Shown one piece after another: positions 15,001-32,180 of a stretch of DNA of 64,000 nt (its first letter is position 1; every line of letters starts with the position of its first letter). Both the position numbers and the translations under genes were made by a program. The notes under the pieces are model-generated. The model saw only the letters and a list, made by a program, of their open reading frames with translations, searched no databases and was not told the DNA's origin. The stretch is from Chrysomallon squamiferum (taxonomy: Eukaryota; Animalia; Mollusca). The DNA lies in contig CM022667.1 of assembly GCA_012295275.1 (NCBI GenBank), forward strand, positions 14,694,001 to 14,758,000, written 5' to 3'.

Positions 15001-15960
15001 CAAAATGTTAAATTATTATAATATATATTCAGATACATGTCTTTTACATATCACTTCATAATATATAGGAAAAATTAACTAGTGAAAATAATTATGTTTT
15101 AATAGATAGCTGTGACATAAACCTATTAAATATTTTAAATTTCTTCATAATTTTGATCCCTAAGATTTCAAAAAAGTATTATGCATCTTTTTCTACCTTG
15201 ATTTATATATGACTATTTCTAGAATGAATGATGCACATTATTACTATCTTCAGAAATGTTTATTATGGGAAAAAGAAATCTATCTTTAAAAATCACTTTT
15301 TATTTACATATACTGAACAAATACAAAAAGTTAAGGATCATAGCAGTATTTGTTTACATTATTTTGAAGGATTGGTGCAATTTGTGACTGGCCAGAAAGT
15401 TTCATATACAGAATAACTTAATGTTCATGTCATGATTCACATCTGTTACATATCTAAACTTGTTCCAATATCATTTTCTTTTTATTTACAATAAATAATG
15501 ATTAATATATGAATATAAAGGAAAGTGTGATTTATATATCAATGACTGAGCTAATGTAGGATGATACATAATACTACTACTAACACTATTATTAATAATA
15601 ATAAAAATTAAAAGGAACTGCTTTAGATAGTGATAAAAATTTTAATAATTATATTTAGCAATAATTAAAACATTTCATAAACCACCTAAAAACATTGTAT
15701 TAATAAGTAATAAATTTACATCCCAGAATAAATTAATTAAAATAAACACCTAAATGAATTGCTGATTAATGAAACAAAAATACGTCAAAAAATAATAATA
15801 ATAATAATTAGAAAAGAAAGACACATATATAAAAGCTAAGGAATACATTATGTTACACTGATAAACCTTTATGTACAATATGTGAATCAAAAAGCAAAAT
15901 ATGTCAAAAAAGCAAACAAGTTCTGTTAATTTGCATACTGACTTAAATTTGTACAATTGG

Positions 15961-18021
<2,061 letters not shown>

Positions 18022-18272
18022 CTAAAGAGCAACTAAGTGAACATTAGTCTTGGTGTACCTCATGTCCACAGCTGTGTCCTGTGAATTAAAAAATATATGA
18101 AAGATTAATGTAATAATGTTCATATTTAAATATAAATCACATCTGTTTTACAATCTTAAATAAAACACCAACTCTCAGATTTAGCTTTCAGATGTTAATG
18201 TAAATTAATTTAAATTAATAAAAATATTGCATAACATTGTCTTACAAGTAATTATGTGCTATAGAGCAAACC

Positions 18273-18348
<76 letters not shown>

Positions 18349-18385
18349 AATAATAATAATAATAATAATGATAATGGTAATGATG

Positions 18386-18440
<55 letters not shown>

Positions 18441-18799
18441 TACAGTTCCAGCTTTTGTGATAATGATAATGATAATGATGATGATAATAATAATAATAAT
18501 AGCCATAAATATACACTTCCAGCTTTTGTGATCAAGCTTATAAACTAAGATAACAAACGTGTGTCTACCCACAAGGCCAAGAAATCCTTGAATAAAGTTC
18601 ACGTTGTAACCCAAATCACAATCACTTAAATCAGGATATTGATAAAAAATTTAAAAAATATAAAAAAGAAAGAAAGAAAATGGAAATAATATCATAAATC
18701 GTATGTTTTATTTTACTACTTTTAATTGTGTCCATTTTTTTGAAAAAAATCAATAAAATTAAGCGACAGAATTATGATATTATGTGACAGTCGTCTCAC

Positions 18800-19114
18800 C
18801 TGTACACCACAACATAAAACACATCATATTATTAACGTATATCCGGTGGATGAAAGTTGTCTCCCTTAAGTTTAATAGCATAAAACCCCATAGTTCCTAA
18901 AGTTTGTGTTTGTATCTAAAACTGTAATTTCATACCAGTTTAATTTTTGTTCTCACCACATTATCTGACAGTATAGACCTGAAAAAATAATAAATTACTA
19001 AGTAATTACCAGAAAAAATTAATATAATGAACTTAAAATGTAATTAACTGAAAAGAAAAAAAATGGGCAAGACAAGATCTTTATTTGCCATATATATCTA
19101 TTTTGCTACGGTGG

Positions 19115-19173
<59 letters not shown>

Positions 19174-19345
19174 TATTATTATTATTATTATTATCATCAT
19201 CATCGTCGTCGTCGTCGTCGTCGTCGTCGTGATTATTATTATTGATTCATGTGTCATGGTAACTTGTTTTTTATTTTGTTTTATTCACAGAATCATTTAT
19301 CTTTAATAATAATAATAATAATAATGACAGTAGTGATGTTGGTAA

Positions 19346-19413
<68 letters not shown>

Positions 19414-19488
19414 TGTCTTTTCGTTATGGCGTCTTGTATTTTGCATCACTTCCAAGGGAAATTACTCTCGTAAATACACAGGTTAATT
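18800..19488. promoter_or_regulatory. Probable shared bidirectional promoter of SLC66A2 and TIMM21
   Basis: SLC66A2 5'UTR splice sites (acceptors 18079-80 and 18979-80, donor 18798-99) run to within ~500 nt of the TIMM21 ATG at 19489. An ATGGCG (YY1-type) motif lies at ~19426. Confidence 0.5.
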
Positions 19489-22386
19489 ATGAGTTCAGCG
19501 GGCAGAAACGTTTTGGGAAAGTGCACTAATATACTTTTATCAGAAACGACATGCAAATCCAAACTGTTATTAAGTTACATGCGTAATAATGTAAATATTG
19601 TTGGTTCATTGCATTTAAGTAGATGTCTTTATTCCTGTTTCAATTCGCACTCCCAAGTCAAGTGCAGGAAGCATGCGGATCAGGCGCCTTCGTATCACAT
19701 CCCGAAACAAAATGAAGAATTCACAAACCAACGAAATCTGTGGCAGGTTCAGAAAAGATATGCTTCAGAAAAACCTATTAAATCAACAAGCGAAAATGAC
19801 CAGAGTTCTAAAAAAGAAATTATGGAAGCCAAAGAAAGTCCTTACGCTCATCTGACCTTGGGAGAAAAAGGTAAATAATAATTTACTACATATATGGTAT
19901 TATACCATAGACTGGATAGTGGTGATTTTGAATTTTTGGTATAGACAGGGATACTAAAGACTGAAAAAACTTTGCTTGAAATAAAGAATAATTGGAATCG
20001 GGCACTGAAATGAGACATGATGATGATAAATTGAATGTTAGTTTAGCAATTGCAGCCAGTTCAGGAATATAATTAAATGATTGGTAAAAAATTAATTCTG
20101 TTTCATGTGTTTCAGTGAAAGAAGCTGGCAAAGATGCAACATACGCTGGTATTGTAATTATTGGTATAGGTGTTACAGGTATGTGCGGTGGAACATTTTA
20201 TATTTTCATTTTTATATAGTTTGTGAGGAATTATCATATTAGCCATATACTGATATAGTATATATTCTTTCTTTCTTTCTTCTTTTTTTTTTTTTTTTTT
20301 CATATAAATAAATAAATAAATAATAATGATAACTGTTATTACTTTTATTTTCATTAATTAAAATGCTTGTATTCTTCTGCATTTACATATCCAAGGGGAT
20401 AGCAGATATATGTTATTATTTATAACCATATACAATTATTATAAGCAGGATGTTTGATAGGTAAGAATTATGATTATTTGTATGTTAGATCTGCAGACAG
20501 ATAGACATAGACAACTGGATTTATCATAAAACTTTTTTATTTTCATTTATACTAGAGAAGTTTTTTTATATATATATAAATTAATAGATAAATTATAAGC
20601 TGATGTTATTTCTTTTCTTTTTCTTTCAGTATTCATACTGAAACTGTAAATCAGAGTGAACCTTATTCTTTTTTAAATAATATTTATGACAACATCAAAA
20701 GATTTTCTTATATTAACTAACATTTAAAAATATATTACAGAGATATGTGTATTGCAGGTGTGATGTTCTATGCAGTTGGAAGAGAGCTGTTTTCTTCACA
20801 AAGTCCTGGTGGTCTCTATGGAAAAGCCTTGAAATTGTGTCAAAAGAATGATCAGGTTTCTTATGTTTTGTGGATACTAATTTCATTGTCTATAATAATA
20901 GTACAATTTATTTTTTGTACCCTTTAATTTTATTTCTTTATTTCTTTTTATTTATTTGTTGTTGTTTTTTTTAAATAATATTATTGTCTGTATATAGTTT
21001 TAAATTTTGTTTGCCCTTTATTTTATTTTTTCTTTACTTTTTACTAGCTTGACCTGTTTTATTTTATTTTTTATTATTTACTTTATACTTTTATTATATA
21101 TATTTTTCTCTGGTTTATGAATAAATGGAATCTTAGTTAACTGCATAAATCATAAAAATTAACATCTGTTTTTACAGACCAATAATTTATAAATTTATTA
21201 GAAAACCACAAGTCCAGTAAAAACTTGTTGACAGGTTTAAAATAAATATGATTGTTCAATTTTTTTTTTAAAAACAATTTTTGCATTAATGAATATAATC
21301 AAAATAATTGTTTAATATCTGTCAATCTTTTTGACTAATTTGATGGTTTCAGTTCATGAACATTTTATATTTAGCAATTAGTTTACTGTTGGGGAAACAA
21401 AAATTTCTATTACCTAAATTAATAAACTATTTTGATGCTTCAGCTGAAGTCAATGTTGGGTGAGCCAATAAAAGGGTATGGAGAAACTACTCGAAGAGGC
21501 AGACGTAGATATGTCAGGTAAATCAAGTATCTTTTGTCAACATCTCATCAGTTGTTATGACAACAAATAGATGAACAGGCACACGACCAGTGGCTTAGAG
21601 TTTACGAAAATGGATGCTTTGTTCGGTTAAGACAATTTGTTTTCTAATATATTTCACTCTCTTTCTCTTTCTCTCTCCATCTCTTACTGTCACACTCTCA
21701 CTCTCTCTGTCTTCCTTTTTTATCTGTTAATTTATCTACCTTTCATTTAACCTACACTGGTATTTTAGCAGGCTTATTGACATAGATAAATATTTTTTTG
21801 TTTATTTTACTGATTTATAATAACTATTTTAATTAAATATTATTGTTTTTTTTTCTGTATTATTTATTTATTTATTATTATTTTCTTCTACAGTCACCAA
21901 GAATACATAGAAAATGGAGTAAAGTATATGAGAATTAGATTTTACATTGAAGGACCTCATGCCAAGGGTACTGTCAACTTAGAAGCCAAGCAGGTTTGTC
22001 TTCACAATTAGTTAATTTTTCCAATCAGTTTTAATTCATTCAGTTAGTAAATAAACAGTTCAAAGTCAGTTTGTTTAATTCTTTTGTAATTTATCTAAGA
22101 CATATCTGTCTTACTTTGACTTCTTGATATTTATTTATTTTTAATTTCCTTCCTTCTTTTTTATTTATTTATTTTTTTTTTATTTTATTGGGATGTTCAT
22201 TTTATTGAAAATTTTGGTACCAGTATTTATTTATATGTTTGAAGAATATATTTGTTATTCTCATTTTTTTTTTTTTTTTTTAATTTTAATTTTCAGAATG
22301 ATAAAGGGAAATATGAGTACAGATATATAGCTGCAGAGCTGGATGGATATCCCACGAGAACAGTACTGGTAGTGGACAACACATAA
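19489..22386 (+). CDS. TIMM21: Mitochondrial import inner membrane translocase subunit Tim21, 268 aa
   Basis: Exons 19489-19870, 20116-20178, 20758-20855, 21444-21517, 21894-21993, 22297-22386. A basic presequence is followed by KVKEAGKDATYAGIVIIGIGVTGVMFYAVGRELFSSQSP...GEPIKGYGETTRRGRRRYVS...RFYIEG...YEYRYI...YPTRTVLVVDN. Confidence 0.95.
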
Positions 22387-23536
22387 CAGCTATATAGACT
22401 AGCTACACTGAGTATCTGACTGAAAGTGTGCAGTATGCACAACACACACACACAGAGATGCATGTATTAACAAACACAGGCATAGACGTGCAGACATACA
22501 CAACACAGACATATGTATACATTCTGCAAAACACAGCAATAAATTTAACACAAATTCACTCTCTCCCTGTAATACACCTTCATACAAAACACATACATAT
22601 ATTAGTACAGTGCAGTATGTGTGTATGTGTATAGGTATACATATATAACTATAAGTATGTAGTAGTCTTTTTCTTCCATGTTTTAACTAATATAATTGAA
22701 AACTGATGTGATTTCTACAAAACTTTGACAACATAAAAATAAAAATCTATTTTGAATGCCATGTTTCACACGAACCATTTGTCATGGTTTTATGTAATAT
22801 GCAGTTCATAAATGGATGTTTTAAACATTTCAGTGAACATTTTTATTTAGTATATTAGTAATAAATATCTACACATCTTTCTTTGGTTTGTTGTTTTTAT
22901 AATGCTTGTGAGAGTTTAAGATAAATTAATATCATGTGCACAAATACACAAACACAGACAAATATATAATATGTATATATATATATATATATATTATGTA
23001 TGTATGTATATATAAAGTAGATGTGATTGCTCAGATGTACAAAAGAAAAATAAGAACAATCAAAAACCATTTAACTGTTTAGATCATAAAATTGTTTATT
23101 CCTGACAACAGGTAAAAAAGTAAAAATGGAACAAGAAAAATAACAAGTAACTGGAAAGTAAATATTTCTCAGCATCTATAATATGTTGTAATGCGTAGAT
23201 AGTGTCTCAATGAACTTCATCTTTAATTTCAAATAAAAGTCATAAAAATATATCATTTCTGTAATAGAGAACATTAAACAATTGCAAAAATATATTAATT
23301 ATAAAATAAAATATTAATTATTAACTCATTAACAGTGTTGTTGGTGGATAAGTAACATGTTAAAATAAATGTATACATCATGATTATAATTTGAATCAAA
23401 GAGTAACAGTCCAAGTAGTAATAATAATATTTATTGTAAAAGTCGCTACAAATAAAATTACTATATATATTGAAAATATGTACGATTTTGTGTTATATAA
23501 TCTAAAATATTAAATTTAAAATTAAATCGACACAGT

Positions 23537-24273
23537 TTACACTACAATATCCACAGAATATTTGCCATAAATATCGGGCATTTCCTTACAGTCGAAACTA
23601 GCCGATAAATCACGAACTCTTTTGTTTCGCTGGGATCCTCTCGCCTTAAGTTTCAGCACAGCTTCCCATGTTTCTTTTGCTTTCACCTCACTGTAAAAGA
23701 AGGTTTTAAAAACAAAATGCTTATAAAGTCTAAATGGTTCATATTACTCTATAGATTCATACGAAGAGATAAAATTATACATAATTAAAGCCCAATACAC
23801 AGATTAAAAAACAACATGAAAAAAAAAACGAAAAAATAAATATGAAAACAGTACCTCGTAAAAAATGATGTCTTTTGAACTGCGTATAAAGTGTTTATTA
23901 ACATGTTTGCATAATTTTACAGTTAACACGCGTTCGATTTTGGTTTGTGAAAATGTTTCGTTATGTACGTAACGATTATGTTTGTGATTATGATTATTAG
24001 TTTGTCATCACGACTACGTACGGAAATCTCATTTCATCCTCCGTGTGGGACACGCAGTCCAGACTCCCCTCAATACTGAGACAACAGTTAGTGAGAGGAA
24101 CGTTCAGTGGATTCTTCAGAGTAATCTTTACTTCGATTTCCTCATTCTTCTTGCATTTGCTTGGTCCCTGAAAAAATACGAACCATCAAACTCTTTACTT
24201 ATTACAGGCATGCTGAACGTTGAAATTATGTAAGTAATAGGTACTTTTATTTCTAGAGAAAATTACATGAAAC

Positions 24274-24328
<55 letters not shown>

Positions 24329-24498
24329 GAAAAAAATAATTAAATACAAAAAATAAAGAAGAAAGTCTGTTTGACAAACACGCGAGATAAGGCCAGGAAA
24401 AATTCTTCCAATAATGAAATTTTATCATCATCATCATCACCAGCACCAGCACCGTCATCATCATTACTGTGACTGTCATTATATAATCATCATCACCA

Positions 24499-24554
<56 letters not shown>

Positions 24555-24872
24555 TTAAACACTAACTTCGAATTTCAGTTCTGGGACTCTGAATCTGTAT
24601 GTGGCTTCATCAGTGATTTTCTCATGACGTTCTCCAACCAACACATCACCAAAAGCCTCAATCCTCATAGCGAAGTCTTCTTTTGTAGCCCGTAGAGCCT
24701 CCTCTCCTGATACTTTGGTTGTGAAAGTTTCTTCTGTAAACAAAATTCATTTATACATAATAATTAATAGTTGCTTTTTAATTAATCCCCTAATTAAGAC
24801 TCTAAAGATTCGTGGCGTCATATTTTCTGTTGATCGATATATATTTGAATTTACTTTTTTTTTATATAAGAT

Positions 24873-24908
<36 letters not shown>

Positions 24909-25453
24909 TCGTTTTATTATTTGTATCCACGCTTTTCAAATTTCTTTACTTCATAAACTCATTTACTAATATTCTGAAAGTTCTTTTTGTTTTAAAACGA
25001 CCGATAATATTTACAAAGATAAGTAAATATTTGTCCTTTACCTTTGCCAGCACGTAAAGTGCACAGATCAAACGTTTCCCTATGGAAAGATTTATATTCC
25101 ACTGGTTCTCCAGTATACTTCGTCGCCATAAGTTTCACAGTCACGCGACAGCAGCGAGTTTCGTCTGTTTGGTTTTTGGCGCGAACGTTTATCTTGAAAT
25201 CTTCGCCCGGATACACGTCTTCGTCGAAATCAATTTCCAGTTCTACACCCTACATGATAAATCAATTAATAAATTAATAAATAAATCAATGTCAATGACG
25301 TTCAACTGTATTATTCTCTAACAACATTGTGATTATCTGTCTGTGTATATGTAGGTGTAACTTACTGTTTGGATTTCTGTTACATACGGGTCTCTCTCAA
25401 CTTCAGAGTACTGCAAAGCATTAGCTATAGCAAACCTTTCCAGCTGACTCCCT

Positions 25454-25517
<64 letters not shown>

Positions 25518-25561
25518 CAACAACAACAACAATAGCAACAATATTTATGAAAACAACAATA

Positions 25562-25598
<37 letters not shown>

Positions 25599-26952
25599 GA
25601 TATTTAATGAAAATATTAGTCTTAATGGCCGTTTTTTTTTTTTTTTTTTTTTTTTTCTTCTTCTTCTGAAAAGAACCCCATTTCTTTCTTTCTTTCTTTT
25701 TTTTTTGATTAATTTTTATTGATATGGGACAAATTCACTAATTCTGATGTAATAAAATGCTGGCCTGTAGATGTATCAGATTAATATTACCTTCAGGATG
25801 TTTGTAAAGAATTGTGACGTCATCTCTTTCGTCATCTCTGAATAAACCGAAAAAGCTGGTTTCCCCTTTGTACGGTCTGCCAGTTGGCTTGTGGGTGCTG
25901 ATACATTTTCCAACCCTGTGACAACACAAGAAACGAAAATATTAAACTAACTTAAAGATTTGTATATGTGTAAATTTGTTTACGTGTATCGCAAAATTAT
26001 AAAACTGAATAAACCTGTGTTCGCCTAAGTATTATATTTTCCTTACTTTAATGGCTTGAATTAATTTTTGTATTTTTAATTAATTAATTAATTTATTTAT
26101 TTATTTGTTTGTTTGTTTGCTTATTTAATAAAATAAGCTACGCTCAAACCAAACTAATTTCATCAGTCATATTTAACAGTAAACAAAACGTCTGCCTTAT
26201 TTTATTTCACGATCTTTCCCTAAGAAACACAACACGAATCGGCTACTTTCCCGAAGGGTTTTGATGACGTCAACAATAACATAACGTTAACTGTTACTCG
26301 ACAACGTCATTTACTTATGATTTGTAGAGGATTACTTTTGGATTTACCATAACAAGGAATGGAAGTTATTTCTGTCCTTTCGGTAAGTTATTTATTATTA
26401 TCTATTTTATTTTATGTTGAATGACAAACTTATTATTATGAATAGGCTAAATGCAGTCCTTATATGCTGGAAAAAAAAAGAAAAAAAAAAAAGGTATTGC
26501 AATTCGAAACCCTTATTACACTAACGAATAATAATAATTAGGTTGCCGATATTCTGAAAATATTTTACTTTAACGGACTCCTTGCGGAGTAACAATACCG
26601 TTCCGTCACATTCCTGCAAAAGAAAAATCTCTGAAATTTATGATCGTTTATAAAACCTTATTTCAGAAATTGGTATGTTGATAATATACTGAAATTTTAT
26701 ACGATAAAAAAAGTAATAGTTCGTGAATATTTCTCTGTAATTATCAAGTATTTACTTACGCATTTGGAATCTTTTTCATAACTTCAAATTCTCCTTGCGG
26801 TGTTTTTCTCCAGTGTATGATGTCTGCATTCACTTCAGCAAACACAAAAGGAGTATCGTACCCTTTGTGAACATCTCCCCGCTTGATGGCGCTGAGCGGA
26901 GCAGGACCGCAGCAATACACGCCTGGCAATAATAATAATAATAATAATAATA

Positions 26953-26993
<41 letters not shown>

Positions 26994-27752
26994 AATAATA
27001 ATAACAATAACAACAATATTATTATTATTAACAATACTACTAGTACTACTACTACTACTATTAATTATTATTAGTAGTAGTAGTAGTTGTAGTAGTAGTT
27101 GTAGTTGTAGTAGTAGTTGCAGTTGTAGTAGTAGTAGTTGTTGTAGTACTAGCTGTTGTTGTTGTAATAGCAAATGTTCTAGAGGTAATAGATGATAACA
27201 ATGACCCTGATGGTAATTTTAAATAAAAAAAAAAAAAAATAAATAAATAAATAAATAATACCATCACTCTTTTCCTGCGGGGTGGAGTCAATAACTTGCC
27301 ATCCATCGCAGTCGTCTCCCAGATCCGGTCTTTTCATCCACACTTCATTCCAGACGTGAAAATTCCTGCAACAATAACAACATCATTTCTGTTCAAATGT
27401 GAGACTTTCATCCGCTGATGGGAAAGCAAATACCAAAACTTTCGTAATTTAAATATTTTGTCTTCGATAGTGAGTGGAGATCTCCCAGTGCGAACTCAGT
27501 TAGGAGTAAGGATAAAAAATAATTTAAATTTTTCTTTTTTTGGTTATTACAAAATAACGTACCAGACTGAGTCGTCAGTCATGCGCTCGTCCAAGACCAA
27601 ATCGTCGTCTGCAGTTTCGTCGAAGAATTTGTCGATGGTGAGACTGGCGTCAGTGTCGTGTGCAGAGACGAAGTTTGTGACACTTCTACAAGGCAGTCCG
27701 ACAGCTCGACATACTAATAAATAAATAAATAAATAAATAAACAACGACGACG

Positions 27753-27814
<62 letters not shown>

Positions 27815-27835
27815 AATAATAATAATAATAATAAA

Positions 27836-27878
<43 letters not shown>

Positions 27879-28984
27879 TAATAAAAATAAAAATAATAAT
27901 AATAATAATAAACCTATAAATAATTAAATAGTGATGGGCGATGATGATCATGCTTGTACATTAGTAAAGGATAAAATACGTTATGTATAATAATTATTTT
28001 TGTGACAAATTTGAATTTTGTTTTTCCATAAACAATTACTTTCTAATGGCAACATTTTATTTGACTTCTCGTCCTTGAAGTCTCAAATAAAAAAAAAAAA
28101 AAAAAAATAAATAAATAATAAAAAAAATAAATAAATAAATAATAAATAAATAATAAAAAAAAATAATAATAATAAAATAAATAAATAAATAAATAAATAC
28201 ACAAACAAACAAACAAACAGAGAGACAGATAATAAAATATTAATTGAATCACACCTGTGGTAAGAACAGCAGAGAAAACCCAACATTGACCGTATCTGAC
28301 TGGTTTCTTTTTATCCATGTACTGTCGCAGAATTTTGACGCTCCGCACCAGGCTGTCGGAGGCGTTCCCCTCTCGTAGCTGCCGCTCCAGTTGCCAATCA
28401 AGACGCCGTTGTCGTCGCAGTTGTTCACCTGAAGAATTAAATATCCAGAGATTGTTGTTATACAAATGTGATATGTGGCTAACACGTTTAAATACGTGAT
28501 AAAAAGACAATTAACGTGATGTAACGTGATGAAAAAGGGTATGACGTAATCTAGACAAATGTAACAAATTACAGGATACTAGATGCATCCTAAAATACAC
28601 TATGTTGTACCATATCATAACATGTCATACTTTGTCATGTTATGCATATTATATCATAATCATATATCACATCGTATCACTTCACATCATATAATCAGAA
28701 TGTATATTAGTACACAAAACTGTTATGAAATTTAATACTGCAAATATATAAAAAAGTAAGTATACGAATTAATATAAAACATATAAATGACATACAGAGT
28801 AAATTTTATTATATTAACTAATTTGCCAACCATTTTGGAAAGAGCCCGTGCAATTTGAGTCGCCTTGCCCATTGATGCAGACACTTTATAACCCAGACCT
28901 TTCCTTAGCAGATGCAGAGAGGCGTCCAGAATACCACAGTCAAACTGAAAGACACGTACTCAAAAAATAAATCATGTAAACGAG

Positions 28985-29068
<84 letters not shown>

Positions 29069-30421
29069 GAACTGAATTTAAAAAGTATAAATATTAATAT
29101 TCTACCTGGCCAAAGTTCCAGGGCTTCGGTCCAATTTGTTTGTAGGTTCCGCGGAAAACAACCCCGCCATCATTGAGAACATACTCGTCCAGCAGGTCGT
29201 TTGATGACATATACACTTCATCATCTGAAATACACAATGTAAGATAACGTAATGTAATATGTCATAACACAACATAACATAACATATCGTAATATAACAT
29301 AAGGTTAAGAAACATAATATGTAACTTAATATATCATAATTAACATAACATAACGTAACATGTTTGATTGGATACGTAATATAATAATTTAATAAATAAA
29401 ACAAAATTAACAAAAATAATATTTCTAAAAGACAGAAAGGAAAAAGGAATAAAATATAAAATAGAAGAAAACAGTTCCAGTTTAAGTAGCATTATTAAAA
29501 TCTTATGAGAAATAAAACAGTGGTAAATCATGGTTGAATAAATAAATAAACAGTAAATAAATAAATAAATTAGTTCATTAAGCTTATAAATTAATAAATA
29601 TATGAAACAAATGCATTAAAATTACCTTTGCACCATGGATTTAGCAAAACCGTGATTTCGTCAGGACAGACATATTCCCAAATCTCGATATCGTGTTGAT
29701 TTTCTCCCTGTACAATCGTCTTCACAACAAATTCCCATTCTCCAATGGGACAGTCACACGGGACGAACACAGAAATTGTCATCTTGTTACCGTCCCGAGA
29801 CAAAATCCGGGCGCCCCAGTATTTAGGTTTGTACTGGATCTTGCCGTTTTCGTCCAATGGAAATGTTGCTGACGTCTTTCTCTTTTTGTTTGGTGCTTCA
29901 CCTGTGAAATATATATTTTTTGTTTAGTATGGTAATAACGCGACATAGACAGAAAAACAGACAAACAAATGGATTGACAAACAGATAGAAATTCAGATAG
30001 ATAGACATGCAGACAGAGTATTCATTGCAAAAGTCTTCGTCATCGTCATTATCATCATCATCTTGTTCTTCTTTGTCGCATTTTATTTATGTATTTATGG
30101 TTAAACTCACCAGTTTTAAAACACAGGCACATGTCATGTTCTTGTTTGTCGTACGGTCGATCGAATTCGATTGTCATTTCGAACTCGTCCCCACGCCGTA
30201 TAACCAAATCCGCTTCAAGTTCTTTGCCTTGGTAAGTTCGTTTCTCCGTACATTCAAACCTGTCCGTTCGATGTTTATCTGTGTTTTTCTCTACGTGAAG
30301 GTCGACGCTCTTCACGTGCAGTTTTTCGATGAGTTTCTCTTCTGGGACTGTTTCTATTTCTGTAATGGAATATTTTCTCAGTAGGTATTATAAATTTATT
30401 ACCAATCTTTTATTTGTATTT

Positions 30422-30511
<90 letters not shown>

Positions 30512-30927
30512 GCTAATCCTCTTTTTCGTTTCCTTCACCTCCTTCCGTATCTTTTAATCTCTCTCTTTCTCTTTCTTTCTTTGTCTCCCTCAGTCTAACT
30601 CCCTTTCATCTATTTGATACGTTATACATATCCGTTTTCGTGTACAAATTCCTTCTACTGATAAATAACATAATTTAACATCAGCAATACTCTTTAATAC
30701 TTACTGACGTCATCACTGTCGCTGTCGTAGCCGTGGAAAGGCTTGTCTTTTTCATGAGCTGACGGATTGCGTTTTGGCGGCCCGTAACGTTTTTTTCGCC
30801 ACTTGCTTTCCGTGGCCTTGTATTTTCGATCTTTTAGTTTCTTGTTTCGTCCGGCAAAGTCACTGTTGGTCACTTCTCGTCGCCATTTTGGAGGTCCACA
30901 TCTGTTTCTGTGTTTTCTGGCGTACAT
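23537..30927 (-). CDS. Protein-glutamine gamma-glutamyltransferase (transglutaminase) copy A, ~819 aa if a 1-nt deletion at ~28342 is corrected
   Basis: 15 exons: 30927-30705, 30359-30111, 29901-29626, 29224-29106, 28944-28831, 28428-28255, 27713-27563, 27365-27262, 26922-26760, 25915-25791, 25451-25366, 25249-25042, 24733-24567, 24167-24022, 23690-23537. Catalytic triad motifs [16 protein letters not shown] and [10 protein letters not shown] are present. Exon 6 is 1 nt short of the phase its neighbours require. Confidence 0.9.
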
Positions 30928-31185
30928 GGCTGTCAAAAAACAAAGTATTCGATTCTATAATGATGTGATATGATGTAAATGTGATGTGAATGTTGTGATG
31001 ACGTGAATGTGATATTACGTTTCTGCGATGTGATTGTTATTTCATATGAGGTAAATCAAGTATAAATATTATATGAGGGGGCAGTATGATGTTATTTCAA
31101 TATAAGGGTACCTCTGAATTGATTTATATATGACTGAAATATGACTTTTTAAGAAATAACATATATATATATATATAGATATATG

Positions 31186-31218
<33 letters not shown>

Positions 31219-31227
31219 GTATGTATG

Positions 31228-31259
<32 letters not shown>

Positions 31260-31677
31260 TGTATGTATATATATATATATACATTACATGCTTTCGACTG
31301 AACTCTGCTATACTGAAGTACGTTGTATTATTATTGAATTATAGAGAATGTCTTTTCTTTTTTTTTCTTCTTTATTTTCCCCATTGAAAGAAGTCTGCTT
31401 TTTTCTTTTTCTTTTTTTTTCTCAAAATTCTTTTCACAAACATGCAATATTTAAATTATAAAATTTCATGACATGTTTGTACATGACTGTCTCTTATGAA
31501 TTGCCCTCTTTAAAGTTTGTTTGGTCAGGCGTTTCCTTTTCTAAACTGTCGAAGGCGATTAAAGTTATCACATGAGGATATTTAGTACACACACTCGTAC
31601 TGAAAAATGTTCTTTTATATTTTTCACGTAAACGTTTAGGAAACACCTTTTGTATTTGAGGCATGTTGATACAGAGA

Positions 31678-31770
<93 letters not shown>

Positions 31771-31922
31771 ATGTATATCTATGTTTGCGAATATGTGTTT
31801 CTCTATGAGTATGTTATGTGTTTGCTGTGTGTAACAATAATAATGTTAAAATTAAAATTTGCTCATCATTAACACTGACATTTAACATAAGGATTTAAAA
31901 CTGCTAATAAATAAATATAAGG

Positions 31923-32180
31923 TAATAAAACCACATTCTTGCTTAAAAGACAATGACGTCACAAACAATAATATAAAGAATATGCAACTGATAATAAATA
32001 ACTACCATATCATAATAAAAAAAATAATAATATGCTTATTTAAAAAACTATTACGTCACAATTAAAAATATAAGTAACATGCAAATGCTGGTAAATAACT
32101 GAACCGACATAATAAAACTCTCTACTTACTTAAAAAATTATGACGTCAACAGCAGGAATCTAACAAATATGCAACAGTCC
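31923..32180. repeat. Three degenerate ~90-97 bp tandem units, each with a CRE-like core
   Basis: TGACGTCA at 31954-61, TTACGTCA at 32051-58 and TGACGTCA at 32141-48. Each is preceded by taataaaa...ttaaaa and followed by atgcaa. Confidence 0.65.
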
